From: Mobula hypostoma
Taxonomy: Eukaryota
Assembly: GCF_963921235.1 (NCBI RefSeq)
Contig: NC_086097.1
Location: 107,386,001 to 107,450,000, forward strand
DNA length: 64,000 nt
Direction of reading: 5' to 3'
Shown: piece by piece, positions 25,655 through 36,924 of the stretch
Position numbering within the stretch: the stretch's first letter is position 1
Layout: each line of letters starts with the position of its first letter
Position numbers and translations under genes: made by a program
Notes under the pieces: generated by a model
Told to the model about the DNA's origin: nothing
What the model saw: the letters and a program-made list of their open reading frames with translations, nothing else
Databases searched by the model: none

Positions 25655-26285
25655 TTCTCCTTTCCTCTCTCTGGATCAACTTCAATCCCTTTTTCTTTCT
25701 CACATTCCTTCTCTGTTTCACATCATTCTCTTTCCTATTCACATTCTTTCTCTCCAGCTCCTCCCTCCTTTTTCTTCTAGTTTGTACATCTTGATCTTGG
25801 GAAGGTGCATTTAGTTTACTGGAGTACTCTCTTAATCCTTCTATTGCTCTCTTTACGATCTGATCTCTCCTCTTTGGTTTCCCCATCCAGAACATCATTT
25901 GACAAATCCTCTGTTTTGTATCTTCATCAACTTCTTAATTTTTGGCCTTCCATTCACCCAACTGGGCTTTGGTCTTTGCATCCACTTTTATAAACAGCTT
26001 TCTGTCTCCCACTTCAAATTCATGTAATAGCCTTAATGCATGCAGAGTAGATTCTGGTTCTTTATACTCACAAAGGCCAAGTGTTTGCAACTTTTCTGAA
26101 GCTCTTTTAACTCTCTTCCAGCTTAAAACCCAGCCACACATTGCAAGTAACTGCCTGATTAATGTATCAGAAGCTTTCTCAGATATGTTGCCAACTAAAA
26201 CTGCTGTAGTCAGATCTGAGCAGCATGGTCCTTCCTTGGTCCAACCAGAGGCAGACAGGTTGACACCAACACCATTTATCCTCTG
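25655..26285 (-). pseudogene. RBM25: Intronless, partial, decayed copy of RBM25 (RRM and start of the charged RE/RD region)
   Basis: Translations TTAVLVGNISEKASDTLIRQLLAMCGWVLSWKRVKRASEKLQTLGLCEYKEPESTLHALRLLHEFEVGDRKLFIKVDAKTKAQLGEWKAK and KRRDQIVKRAIEGLREYSSKLNAPSQD match the RBM25 N-terminus as I recall it; stop codon, frameshifts and internal deletions. Confidence 0.9.
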
Positions 26286-26329
26286 ATGAGTGAGGGTTCA
26301 TGGTGTTTGGCATGGAGACAGTTGTGACA

Positions 26330-27474
26330 CCATCCACTACCTTTCTTAATTTGCTTGCAACTGGCTCTATTACAGGGGATGAGGCATGCAAATGATGGAT
26401 GGATCTCCAATCAAGTTGCAGTTGTCTCAGCCAATCACGTCCCCACAATGCTGGTCCTTCTATTTTTACCACACACAAGCTCAATTTGATTTGTTGGTTG
26501 TTGTATTTCACAGTAACAGATGTAATTCCCACGGAGTTATCTTTTCTCCAGTAAAAGTTCTTAGTTGGATATCTGCAGGCTTCAGCTTGGTATCTTTGAA
26601 ATGCTGTTCAAACTCATTTTGTGAAATGATTGAAACAGCTGAACCAGTGTCCAATTCCATTTTAATTAATTTTATGTTCACTTCTGGTGTAAGCCATATT
26701 GCTTGTCTATTGTTACTGTTCACACTGTAAATCAAGGCTACATAATTCTGTGTCATTCTCATCATCAGATTTTTCATCAACAGCATGCAGATTAGTGTTC
26801 ATGAAGAAGGCCTGAAATGTTGATGGTTTACTCTTTTCCATAGATGCTGCCTGGTCTGCTGAGTTCCTCTAGCATTTTGTGTGTGTTGCTTTGGATCTCC
26901 AGCATCTGCAGATTTTCTCGTGTTTGCGATTCACATTAGTGCTCTTTATGAAACTGTAATTTGACTTTTGAGGTTTTTCTCTTCCCTGAGCAGTCTTTTT
27001 ATTTTTGTCTGCTTGACATGCTCTCTGTGCCCTACTTCGTTGCGTTTTCTACAAGTTTCATCTTTAAATCTATATTTGTTTGGTGTATGTGAACCCCTGC
27101 CACAATGGTAACACAATTTGTTCGGCCAGCTATGTTTATGTTGATTTGCTGCAATTTTGTTCAGGTTCACTTTCATTCCTGATTGCAACTCAATTATTTC
27201 TCTGTCTGCGAATTACACTGAAACAGCAATTTTGATTGCTCTTTTCAATGTAAATTGTGCTTTAGTTAGGAGCTGTTTTCTTTTAAGATTCCACGATCTA
27301 AACAATCTCTTAGGGTATCATTAAGCCCATTACTGAACTGACAATGCTCAGACAATCTCTTCGATACGCTGAAATGGGCTCCCCTTCTTTTTGATCTGCC
27401 TTTGAAACCTAAAGCTTTCTGCAGTCAATAATGGCTGTGGTTCTGAATGTTCCGGCATCTCTTTTACAATATCA
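26330..27474 (-). pseudogene. Old Gypsy gag 3' half and aspartic protease, decayed
   Basis: PQPLLTAESFRF; CYHCGRGSH; IKMELDTGSAVSIIS; GPALWGRDWLRQLQLDW. Confidence 0.85.
26798..26928 (+). mobile_element. Short Penelope-like terminal repeat inserted in the old Gypsy element
   Basis: ATAGATGCTGCCTGG...CCAGCATCTGCAGATTTTCTCG; ATTAGTG present on both sides. Confidence 0.7.
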
Positions 27475-28334
27475 TGTCACGTGACCGGCAACAATGAATA
27501 TAGAATTGAATTGAGTCAGGTTTTATAAAACAATCAAACTTTTATTAAACTCTGCTCAATATAAAAAAAATAAACAAATGAAAATCTTAACTGGAAGTAA
27601 ACTGCTATGCGACCATTTAACAAACTGCCACTCAGTACTAGTTCTTAAAGCGGTAAATGCGAAAACAGTTCTTAAAGCAGTAAATTCAAACACAGTTCTT
27701 CGAATGGTAAATCTGAAAGTCCAAGAGATTTATACAGTCAATTGGAGAGACTTTCCTGAAGTAAAGAATTCCTTGAAGACACAACGTCACGCCAGTCCCA
27801 GCTGGATCCTGCCTTGTCCGTAAGATTCACAATGATGGAAATAAAAACGGTTTAAAGGCACTGACCTTTTTCCTCTAGATACTAGATCCTGCACAGCCTT
27901 TTCTGCCACTTTTAGCAGAGGCTATCTCATCCAGATCACTCTTTCTTGAACAAATTCAATAATGGTCAATCCTTTCAACCATCAAATGACTCCTTCAGGT
28001 TCCTGTCTTCACTCTCCAATACTACTGAAAAGGTACCAACAAATCTGGCAGAAATTGGTTAAACTGCCGGTCCAGCACTTTTGTACCTTACAATAGAACA
28101 TAAAACTCCATTTTAAATCAAAACTGCATCATAAGGCAAATACGCAGCAGAGTCTTGGGCTAACGTTCTAACTGGAAAACTAGCTGTGTCACCAGGGGTC
28201 TACACTTATATACCTGGTGAGAACAGGTCATCACGTGACCTCACATCAGCGGGAAAATTACATCAGGTGACCTCCAAAAGACCATTGCATCATCCTCATA
28301 AGACAGTCACAAGATATGCAGGAGGTATGTAACA
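27475..28334 (-). repeat. 3' LTR of the Gmr1-like element (860 bp)
   Basis: Direct repeat of 33292-33620; contains three ~27-bp tandem units at about 27640-27720. Confidence 0.93.
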
Positions 28335-28343
28335 CCTCCCTCC
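28335..28343 (-). other. Polypurine tract
   Basis: Minus strand GGAGGGAGG directly abuts the 3' LTR. Confidence 0.8.
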
Positions 28344-28528
28344 AAAAAAATTGGTCTTTTAAGAGCAAAATTTTAACATTTAACTATTTACAAAAAAAAA
28401 ACAAATGTATAAAATTTACAACATACACAGTATACACAGTATCATACAGCACCTTACAAACTAATATACAGTAGGAGTGTTACAAAGGTTAAAATATCAC
28501 TCCATAAAAAATTTACATTATACATTTA

Positions 28529-29900
28529 TCATCTAGATAGACAATCAGTGATCACATTATCTTTACCTTTAATAGGAGTGATCAAATTGTTATACTCCTG
28601 TAACATCAAACTTCCATTTAATAATCTTCTGTTTTTGTTTTTCATCTTACTCAAAAACACTAATGGATTATGATCGGTGTAAACCATGAGTGGTTTCTGA
28701 GTAGTACCAACATACACTTCAAAATGTTGTAAAGCCAAAACAAGAGATAATAATTCCTTTTCTATTGTTGAATAATTTCTTTGATGCAAATTAAATTTCT
28801 TAGAAAAGTAAGCTACCGGACGATCAACTTCATCACACTCATCCCTTTGAAGTAACACTGCTCCTGCAGCTTCATCATTAGCACCTACAGCTAATAAGAA
28901 TGGTTTTTCAAAGTCAGGGGTTGACTACATACTATAGTTTTCAATTTATCAAAGGCCTCTTGACGAGGTTCTGTCCAAACAAACTTTTCATTTTTCTTCA
29001 AGAGGTTAGTTAATGGAAGAGAAATATTTGCAAAATCCTTACAAAATTTTCAGTAATATCCTACCATACCCAAGAATCTTCTAAGAGTTTTCCTACCAGT
29101 TGGAGTGGGTACTTTTAAAATTGCCTGAACTTTTGCCTGAACAGGAGCTAATTTTCCTTGACCCACAACATAACCAAGGTAGGTCACTGTGGTATGGCTA
29201 AATTCACTTTTAGCTAAGTTAATAGTTAAGTTAGCTTTTGAAAGTCTTTCAAAATAGTTTCTCCACTGCAATAATATGTGCTTTCCAAGTATTATTTCCT
29301 GTAACTAAATCATCAATATAGGCATCTGTATCTTTTAATCCATGAATCACACTATTAATCATCCTTTGGAAAGTACCCGGTGCATTCTTCATTCCAAATG
29401 GAAGAACATTATATTCATATAACCCAGATTGTGTTACAAATGCAGAAATCTCTCTACCTCTATCTGTCAATAGAACACACCAATAACCTTTTAACAAATC
29501 AATCTTTGTAAGGAATTTGGCTTGTCCAACTTTATCCACACAATTGTCTGCCCTAGAGATTGGATATGCATCAGTTTTTGTCACAGCATTCATCTTCCTG
29601 TAATCTGTATAAAACCTAATACTATTGTCTGGCTTAGGCACCATAACACACGGTGAACTCCAATTCGAATTAGAATGTCTAATAATATCATTTTCTAACA
29701 TATACTTAATTTCTTGTTCAGCAAGTTCACATTTTTCCCTATTCATCTGATACGGATGTTGTTTTATGGGTTTTGCATCTCCAACATCTACATAATGCGA
29801 AGCTGCGGTGGTTCTTCTAGGAACATCTGGAAATAAATCCCTATATTTAAAAATTAACTGTTTCATCTGCTCTCTCTGCTCTGGCTGTAAATGAGCTAGT
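28529..29900 (-). pseudogene. Gypsy-type RT and RNase H, frameshifted
   Basis: WSSPCVMVPKPD, KIDLLKGYW, LPFGMKNAPGTFQR, AYIDDL, FLGMVGYY, NYSTIEKELL and YTDHNPL motifs. Confidence 0.93.
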
Positions 29901-29989
29901 TTCTCATCAATATTTTCCAGAATTTTTGAGTTTGGTAACCTGGCAGAAATAATGTTGGGTTTAAAATGAGTTTCAGATGAATCGTCCAT

Positions 29990-31354
29990 TAAGTTTTTAG
30001 AAAGATCAGACTCATTATCAACAGTCATAGTAGCAGCTTCTCTCTCATAATATGGTTTTATCATATTTATATGACATAGCTGTGTTGGCTTTCTTCGATC
30101 TGGGGTTTTAATCATATAATCCACATCATTTACTTTAGATTTAATCTCATAAGGACCATGAAATTTAGCTTGTAATGGGTTCCTTTGCATCGGGAAAAGA
30201 GCCAACACCCTATCTCCAGGCTTAAATGACCTCATTCTAGTGTTCTTATCATACCAAGTTTTCATCTTCCCTTGAGCCAATTTTAAATTTTCCTTGGCCA
30301 AGCTACAGCTTTATGTAATATTTCTTTAAATTTTGAAACATAATCCAACAAAGTGTGTACCTCTTTATTAGTCTACTGTTCTTTCAACAAGGCCAAAGGT
30401 CCCTGAACTCTATGTCCAAACACAAGTTCAAAAGGACTAAAACCTAATGATTCCTATACTGCCTCCATACTGCAAAAAGTAATAAATGTACGCCTTCATC
30501 CCAGTCCTTTTCATTTTCCAAACAATACGTCCTAATCATATTTTTAAGGGTGGAATGGAATCTCTCCAAGGCTCCTTGCGACTCTGGATAATATGCAGAT
30601 GAGGTAATCTGTTTTGCTCCCAGTTTAGAAACTATCTGCTGAAAAAATCCAGACATAAAATTACTACCTTGATCAGGCAACCCAAAATAAGTAAAAAATT
30701 TTATTACAGCCTTTGTCACAGTTTTGGCTGTTATATTCTGAAGAGGTATTGCCTCTGAAAACCTAGACGCTGTGCACATAATGGTCAACAAATATTGATG
30801 TCCAGATTTAGTTTTATTCAATGGGCCTACACAATCTATAATAACTTTGGGAAATGGCTCACCAAATGCTGGAATTGGTTGCAGTGGGGCCACTGGAGTA
30901 ACTTGATTAGGTTTACCGATGATTTGACACGTATGACACGTTCTGCAAAATATCGCCACATCTTTTCTTAAACTAGGCCAGTAAAATGTTTAAAAGACTT
31001 GTTCATAGTTTTCTTCACACCTAGATGGCCACCCAAAGGAATACTATGAGCCATAGTTAAAATCTCAATTCAATAAACTTTAGGAACAACTACCTGATGA
31101 TTAACTTCCCATTCCTCACTTGCAGGAATTGTAGGTGATCTCCACTTTCTCATTAATACTCCCTTTTCAAAATAATATCCTACTGCCACTTTCTCAATTT
31201 CACTATCTGGAAGAACTTGTTCCTTTAATTTAACTGTCTCAGGATCTCTACCCTGCTCTGCTATTATCTTCTTCCGAGATAAAGATAAATCTTCATGGTC
31301 AGACAAACTACCAAAATCCTGATCAAATAATGAAGGTAAGAAAGATTCTGACAC
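29990..31354 (-). pseudogene. Integrase located upstream of RT, frameshifted
   Basis: Zinc-binding GHLG...CRTCHTCQ; IDCVGPL; DQGSNF; ESQGALERFH; C-terminal FHGPY module. Confidence 0.92.
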
Positions 31355-31490
31355 ATCCTCAAAATTCGCATCCCGAGTGAACAGCCATGGGAAACAACCT
31401 CATCCTGTACCTCAACCATAGCTTGGGTTACAACACAGGAAGAATCCATGTTAGAATCCCTCTGTGGTTCCTCAGAAATAGGCTTTATTG

Positions 31491-33035
31491 TCAAATGTAC
31501 TCAGGAAAACCTTGTCCACCTGCTAAGTCATTCCCTAACAATAGAGCAACATCATTCACAGGTAAAATAGATTGTAGTCCTACTTTAACAAGCCCTGCAA
31601 CTAACCCTGACCTTAAATTTACTCTATGTAAATGTACTGGCATAAGGGCACTTCCAACTCCTCTTATATAGTTTACCTCACTAATGTCAGACTCATCACT
31701 AAACTGTAGAACACTGTCTAACATTGGTGATTGGGAAGCTCCAGTATCTCTAAGTATTCTTATTGGTATAGGATTGGATCCCTCTTTCAAGGATACAAAC
31801 CCCTCTGTTATAAAATGTTCATATCCCCTCTTAACTTGGTCAGACTCTGACAAAGCTTCATTAGTATTTATCGAACTCTGTGGATTTACAGGCTTTTCAA
31901 TATGCTGCACACAAGCATCTGGGACTACTTCCTTCTCTTTCTTTTTCAATCGGAAACAGTTAGCTATTACATGTCCAGGTTTCTTACAATAATTACAAAT
32001 AGGACCAAAATGTCTTTCCTTCGCATGTCTCCCTTCATCCTTACCTTTCTCACTAACTTCAAATTTGATTTCTGGTTTACCTTGACTCTCTGTGCTATTT
32101 TTCCTTTTAAAAGTCCTACCTGGAGAAAATTTATTTTTATGAATTAAAGCATACTCCTCAGCTAATTTAGCAAACTCCTGCAATGTAGCAGTGTCCCTTT
32201 CATTTAAGTATGTCCTCACTTCAACAGGATTGCTTCTTTTAAATTCCTCCAGTAAAATCAACTCTTTTAATTTATTATACTCCCCGTTCACATTTTCAGA
32301 GGAAACCCATCTCTCAAAGCATACTGATTTCTGGCAGGCAAATTCCACATAAGTTTTTTCCACAGACTTCTTCAAATTTCTGAATCTTTCTCTATACTCT
32401 TCCGGGACTAACTCATACGCTTTCAATATATGCTGCTTCACAGTATCATAATCAAGTGCTTGCTCAGCATTTAAAGCTGTATAAACTTGTTGTGCCCTGC
32501 CTTTAATTACACTTTGTAACATCACTGGTCATTGCTCTTTCGGCCACTCTAAACTCAGAGCAACAATTTTGAAATGCTGGAAATATTTATCCACTTCTGT
32601 CTCGCTAAATGGAGGAGCCAAAATAACCTCACGACTAGCTACAAACTGTTTCCTAGAACCAGAAGACTGATTTCCCATTCTTAATTTCTTCATCTCTAGC
32701 TCAAATTTCCTCAGGTTTTCAGCTTCTCTTTCTTCAAATTCTCTTATTTTATTTGCCTCTCTTTCAGCCATTTCTGCTTTAAATTTCTCAAACTCTATCT
32801 GTTCAAGATATAACTGCATTTCCAGACTACTCATTGGAAACCTCCCTAACACCTCATCATCAAACTTTCCCAAACTTATATAATGCTCAGCAATTTTTCT
32901 CTGAATTATGGGCTTTGTTGTACCCTTCATAATTCCTTTAATATCCAACCTACTAGCAATCTCCAACACCTCAGGTTTTCTCGCATTCGCTAAAAACTCC
33001 GGGTCAGGCGAATCCATAAAGTCGTCGATATTCAT
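31491..33035 (-). pseudogene. Gmr1-like gag-protease, with an in-frame TGA at 32529-32531
   Basis: ATG at 33035 (MNIDDF); PPFSETEVDKYF; LKELILLEEFK; CNYCKKPGHVIANC; ILRDTGASQS; LLGNDL. Confidence 0.92.
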
Positions 33036-33082
33036 TGCTGCCGAATACCACTCACACACCAATCCATCAGAAGAATCAGGTA

Positions 33083-33205
33083 CACACGAGGAAATCTGCA
33101 GATGCTGGAATTTCAAGCAACACACATAAAAGTTGCTGGTGAATGCAGCAGGCCAGGCAGCATCGCTAGGAAGAGGTACTGTCGACGCTGAGACCCTTCA
33201 TCAGG
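33083..33205 (-). mobile_element. Short Penelope-like repeat inserted in the Gmr1-like leader
   Basis: Same sequence family as 19057-19176, with a partial hammerhead. Confidence 0.75.
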
Positions 33206-33267
33206 GTATATCCTTTTCCAAATCAGGTTGATACTTAAACAAGCAAATAAGCTCAGAAAATGGAATG

Positions 33268-33285
33268 ATCCCAGATGAGCCCCCA
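33268..33285 (-). other. Primer-binding site, tRNA-Pro-like
   Basis: Minus strand TGGGGGCTCATCTGGGAT, two mismatches from the tRNA-Pro PBS TGGGGGCTCGTCCGGGAT, 6 nt from the 5' LTR. Confidence 0.8.
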
Positions 33286-33291
33286 ATTTTA

Positions 33292-33620
33292 TGTCACGTG
33301 ACCGGCAACAATGAATATAGAATTGAATTAAGTCAGGTTTTATAAAACAATCAAACATTTATTAAACTCTGCTCAATATAAAAAAATAAACAAATGAAAG
33401 TCTTAACCGGAAGTAAACTACTATGCGGCCATTTAACAAACCGCCACTCAGTACTCAGTACTCTAACTGGAAAACTAACTGCGTCACCAGGGGTCTACAC
33501 TTACATACCTGGTGAGAACAGGTCATTACATGATCTCACATCGGCGGGAAGTTACATCAGGTGACCTCCAAAAGACCATTACATCATCCTCATAAGATGA
33601 TATCCAGGAGGTATGTAACA
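33292..33620 (-). repeat. 5' LTR of the Gmr1-like element (329 bp, internally deleted)
   Basis: Matches both ends of 27475-28334 but lacks about 530 bp of the middle. Confidence 0.93.
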
Positions 33621-33624
33621 ATCA

Positions 33625-33836
33625 GGAGAGCTTATTTTTGTAGGTTTAGTTGGAGCAGTCAAGCTTCAATGCAAACTATATGCCTTTAACCCTAATATGC
33701 TCTGCAAAATTGGCTCTCAGTTCCTTATGATTATTATTTCATTTGCTTCAACATACTGTTCCAATAGCTCAGTATACATGAGCCAATAATCCGTTGTGTA
33801 ATCAAACCTGTCAATCTTGCCGATGTAACCAGCCAT
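33625..33836 (-). pseudogene. Old Gypsy gag N-terminus
   Basis: MAGYIGKIDRFDYTTDYWLMYTELLEQYVEAN...SLTAPTKP; continues into 27474 when the nested element is removed. Confidence 0.8.
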
Positions 33837-34104
33837 TTCTAATTTTTAAATAATTAGTATCACTCCGTACTCACAGTTTATGAACACTGAATTCTTCCGT
33901 TTAGTGTCATAAAAAAATTAATCGCACCTTCCCTTCTGAAGAATAGGTGTTGACTGCTTTTGTTTTAAAATTGACCGCCGCTGTACATGCTTGGCTGTTG
34001 GGTGTCTTTTTTACTGGTTGATGCTCCTGCTGCATTTTATTTTATTTCAAATGTCTGGCTGCATTTAACAGGTTGGTAGCCATCTCAGGTTCATTTAAAA
34101 ATAT

Positions 34105-34347
34105 CATAGTTGTAACTTCAAAACATTAAATTATTTCAAAGAAAACACGGGGATCTGAAAATACTGATGTATTTCAAGTTTTTATTTTAAGTAAAGTGTG
34201 CACATATCACATGGTAGTGTGATGACATGTGCAATTAACATATTTTACATATAACCTATAATTAATTATTTAAATAAACAAGATTGCAAATCAAACAATA
34301 AATATACAAGATTTCTCAGATATTATTGGAATATTAAATACACAACA
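34105..34347 (-). repeat. 5' LTR of the old Gypsy element
   Basis: Diverged direct repeat of 25262-25450; ends in ACAACA followed by the TSD. Confidence 0.8.
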
Positions 34348-35026
34348 CTGACCACATCACATCCGCATTGCTGGTCTTTGAATGTGGAATAAAGACTTAG
34401 ATTGACCGCTAATTTCCCCCATATCCCTATCCCCTAAACTCTAACCTGACCCCTAACTCCCTCTCTGTTCCCAAACCACCCTTATGAACCTAAAATACAA
34501 ATTAAAAAAAATTCAAAAAACAATAAAATCTGAGCTGTGTCTTAATGAGACATCTTGCACTGTCTGCAGTAAGTATTACAATAAGATGATCAGTAGGTGT
34601 GTATTCACTAGTTCATAGCATGACAATTTCCCAGAGTATTTAGGATGAGTATGGAAGAAATTGATATCAATCAATATTCTGACAAATAATCAGCAAGCTT
34701 ATCCTTGCTGGCATAATTACGATGTCCCTCGGATTAGAGCTGGATGATGATCAGGGTTCTCCACTTCTGAATGGAACAATGAAGAGGGTAGACACACAGA
34801 GTGTAATTTCCACAGAATTCAAAAGTTGTGATCAGCGGAGGGAATGATGTGTTCTAAATTTTAGTTCTATTTCTACATTTTAATATCTTACTCATTTTAA
34901 TTTTAACTCCCAGCATCTTTTAGAGTTCCTATCAATTGTTGACTGCCTTTCGGAATAGGTTAAGAATTAATCAGCTGATTGTCATAACCGGTTTCATGAA
35001 TCGGAGATAATTATTTATAATAGCAG

Positions 35027-35935
35027 CTTCTTCTTATCATGTCCATGGAAAGTCTATACATGGCCCAGCCAGAACTGGACACATTTTTGTGCCTTGCGGC
35101 AAGGACAGGGTTCTTCTAGTGATGGGCATTGCAGGAGATATTGCATAGTCTGTGGCTCAGTTCCACATTCACAAGTTGTCGGGCTGGTTGTATATCCCCA
35201 TTTGCTTAGTGATACCTTTGAATGAACTACACCAGTCCTAAGTCTGTTAAGACACTTCCAGGTCACCCAGTTGCAATTAGCTCCCTGGGGGAAGGCTTTC
35301 ATCGGGTGAAATTTCCATCGTTGGGGACTGTTTGAGACTGGAGAGCCGGGCTTTCCACAAGGCGATGTGGGCTTCAGGTGGGGTTGATTGTAATGGAACA
35401 ACACTGTTCATGAAGCTCTTCCTTGACTTTAGGAGGCTGGGTGTAGGTGTATGACCATGTAGAGGGTGCCTCTCATCTGATGTTTGATGGAGTCATTCTT
35501 TCTTGCTGGCTACCATTCTTCTTATATCGGGGGAGCGTGATACATAGAACATAGAACATACATAGAACATAGAATAGTATAGCACATTACAGGCCCTTCG
35601 GCCCACAATGTTGTGCCAACCCTCAAACCCTACCTTCCATATAACACCCCACCTTAAGTTCCTCCAAATACCTGTCTAGTAGTCTCCTAAACTTCACTAG
35701 TGTATCTGCCTCCACCATTGACTCAGGCAGTGCATTCCATACACCAACCACTCTCTGAGTAAAAAACCTTCCTCTAATATCCCCTTTGAACTTCCCACCC
35801 CTTACCTTAAAGCCATGTCCTCTTGTATTGAGCAGTGGTGCCCTGGGGAAGAGGCACTGGCTATACCCGCCAAGATATATAGGCTGTTGGTGTTTGTTAG
35901 TTTTAAACGACCTGTAATAAGTCGGCTTATTCAAT
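35027..35935 (-). mobile_element. RTE-X-like LINE 3' fragment interrupted by a CR1
   Basis: LNRLRTG, KWG...CECG..QT...LLQC and SLYILAGI motifs; (AAG)n-like tail. Confidence 0.7.
35543..35862 (-). mobile_element. CR1 short 3' copy, (TTCTATG)n subfamily
   Basis: Near-identical to 62249-62555. Confidence 0.9.
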
Positions 35936-36124
35936 ACTTGAAGAATTTGCGAAGTCTTGAAAGGCTATGCAAATAAAAAATTTTGTTGACATGTTATAGG
36001 AGAGCAACTTCAAGTGAATGCACCACTCGGTGATTTAGAAGTGTAGTGAAGATGAGGAAAAGACCATTGCGTGATATTAAGATTTGAGTTAAATAAAGAA
36101 AAACACATTTAATAACTACATGAG

Positions 36125-36585
36125 ATTCTGCAGGTGCTGGAAATCCAAAGCAACGCACAAAATGCTAGAGGAATTAAACAGGTCTGGCAACATCTATGGA
36201 GGGGAGTAAACAGTCAACGTTTTGGGCCTTGACACTTCATTAGGACTGGAAGGAAGGGGGACGAAGCCAGAAGAAGGTAGTTAGGAGAGGGGAGGTGATT
36301 GATGGAAAGGTAAAGGATGAACAAGAAGGTATTTGATATGAGAGGAGAGTGGACCAAATGAGAAAGGGCACGAGAGGGAGGTGATGGACAGGTGAGGAGA
36401 AGGGAAGGGGTAAGGAGAAGTCAGAATGTGGAATGGAAAGGGGGATGGGGGGAGAGGAGATGTTATCAGAAGTTATAGAAATCAATATTCATGCCATCAG
36501 GCTGGAAGCTACCCAGACGGAATATGAGGTGTTGCTCCTTCAGTCTGAGAGCAGCCCTATTGTGTTAGTAGAGGAGGCCATGGCA
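36125..36585 (-). mobile_element. Penelope-like 3' fragment
   Basis: LRLKEQHLIFRLGSFQPDGMN; degenerate hammerhead at about 36212-36247. Confidence 0.8.
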
Positions 36586-36924
36586 TATTTAATAAATACA
36601 GAGCATCCTAGGTTATGGTAGAGTTCCACTGCTGTTAACTGTTCATAATCTGGACAGTTCACAAGCTGGATATGTGGCTGTGAACTGAAGCAGCAGTCTG
36701 CAAGTTCACCTCTCCAGTCTCTCAAAGTCCTGTTCATATGGATAGGCTGTGTGAAATCTGGGGATTGGTATCCTGGGGAGGATCTGTAGACTAGTGCTGT
36801 AATATTATTAGTTACAGCAGGTTGCAAAGTTAAAATTAAATGAATTTACAGGATTAAAAAGATAGCTTATTGAAAAGTAATAATTCAAAATTGTGAAGAG
36901 AATTCAAGAAAGATAATGAGATTA

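Larger units (their letters stand above)
27475..33620 (-). mobile_element. Gmr1-like Gypsy LTR retrotransposon (gag-PR-IN-RT-RH), full-length and inactivated
   Basis: Paired LTRs TGTCACGTGACC...TATGTAACA; TSD ATCA at 27471-27474 and 33621-33624; PBS; PPT; all domains present. Confidence 0.95.
25262..34347 (-). mobile_element. Old Gypsy LTR retrotransposon, internally deleted, carrying an RBM25 fragment and a nested Gmr1-like element
   Basis: TG...CA ends; TSD CTGAC at 25257-25261 and 34348-34352; related LTRs; gag start MAGYIGKIDRFD at 33836; CYHCG knuckle; protease MELDTGSAVS; pol C-terminus RYPRRVRKPPQRLNL at about 25477-25515. Confidence 0.88.

Noticed and set aside
25655..26285. Functional RBM25 gene or exon
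   Set aside because: It has a stop codon after KAKN, frameshifts, internal deletions and no splice sites, and it lies inside a retrotransposon
32529..32531. Programmed stop-codon readthrough in gag
   Set aside because: The TGA falls mid-capsid where a Trp is expected, so a TGG-to-TGA mutation in a dead copy is the simpler explanation
33036..33125. N-terminal extension of gag (MCCLKFQH...) in the ORF track
   Set aside because: It comes from the inserted Penelope-like repeat and leader; the likely start is the ATG at 33035
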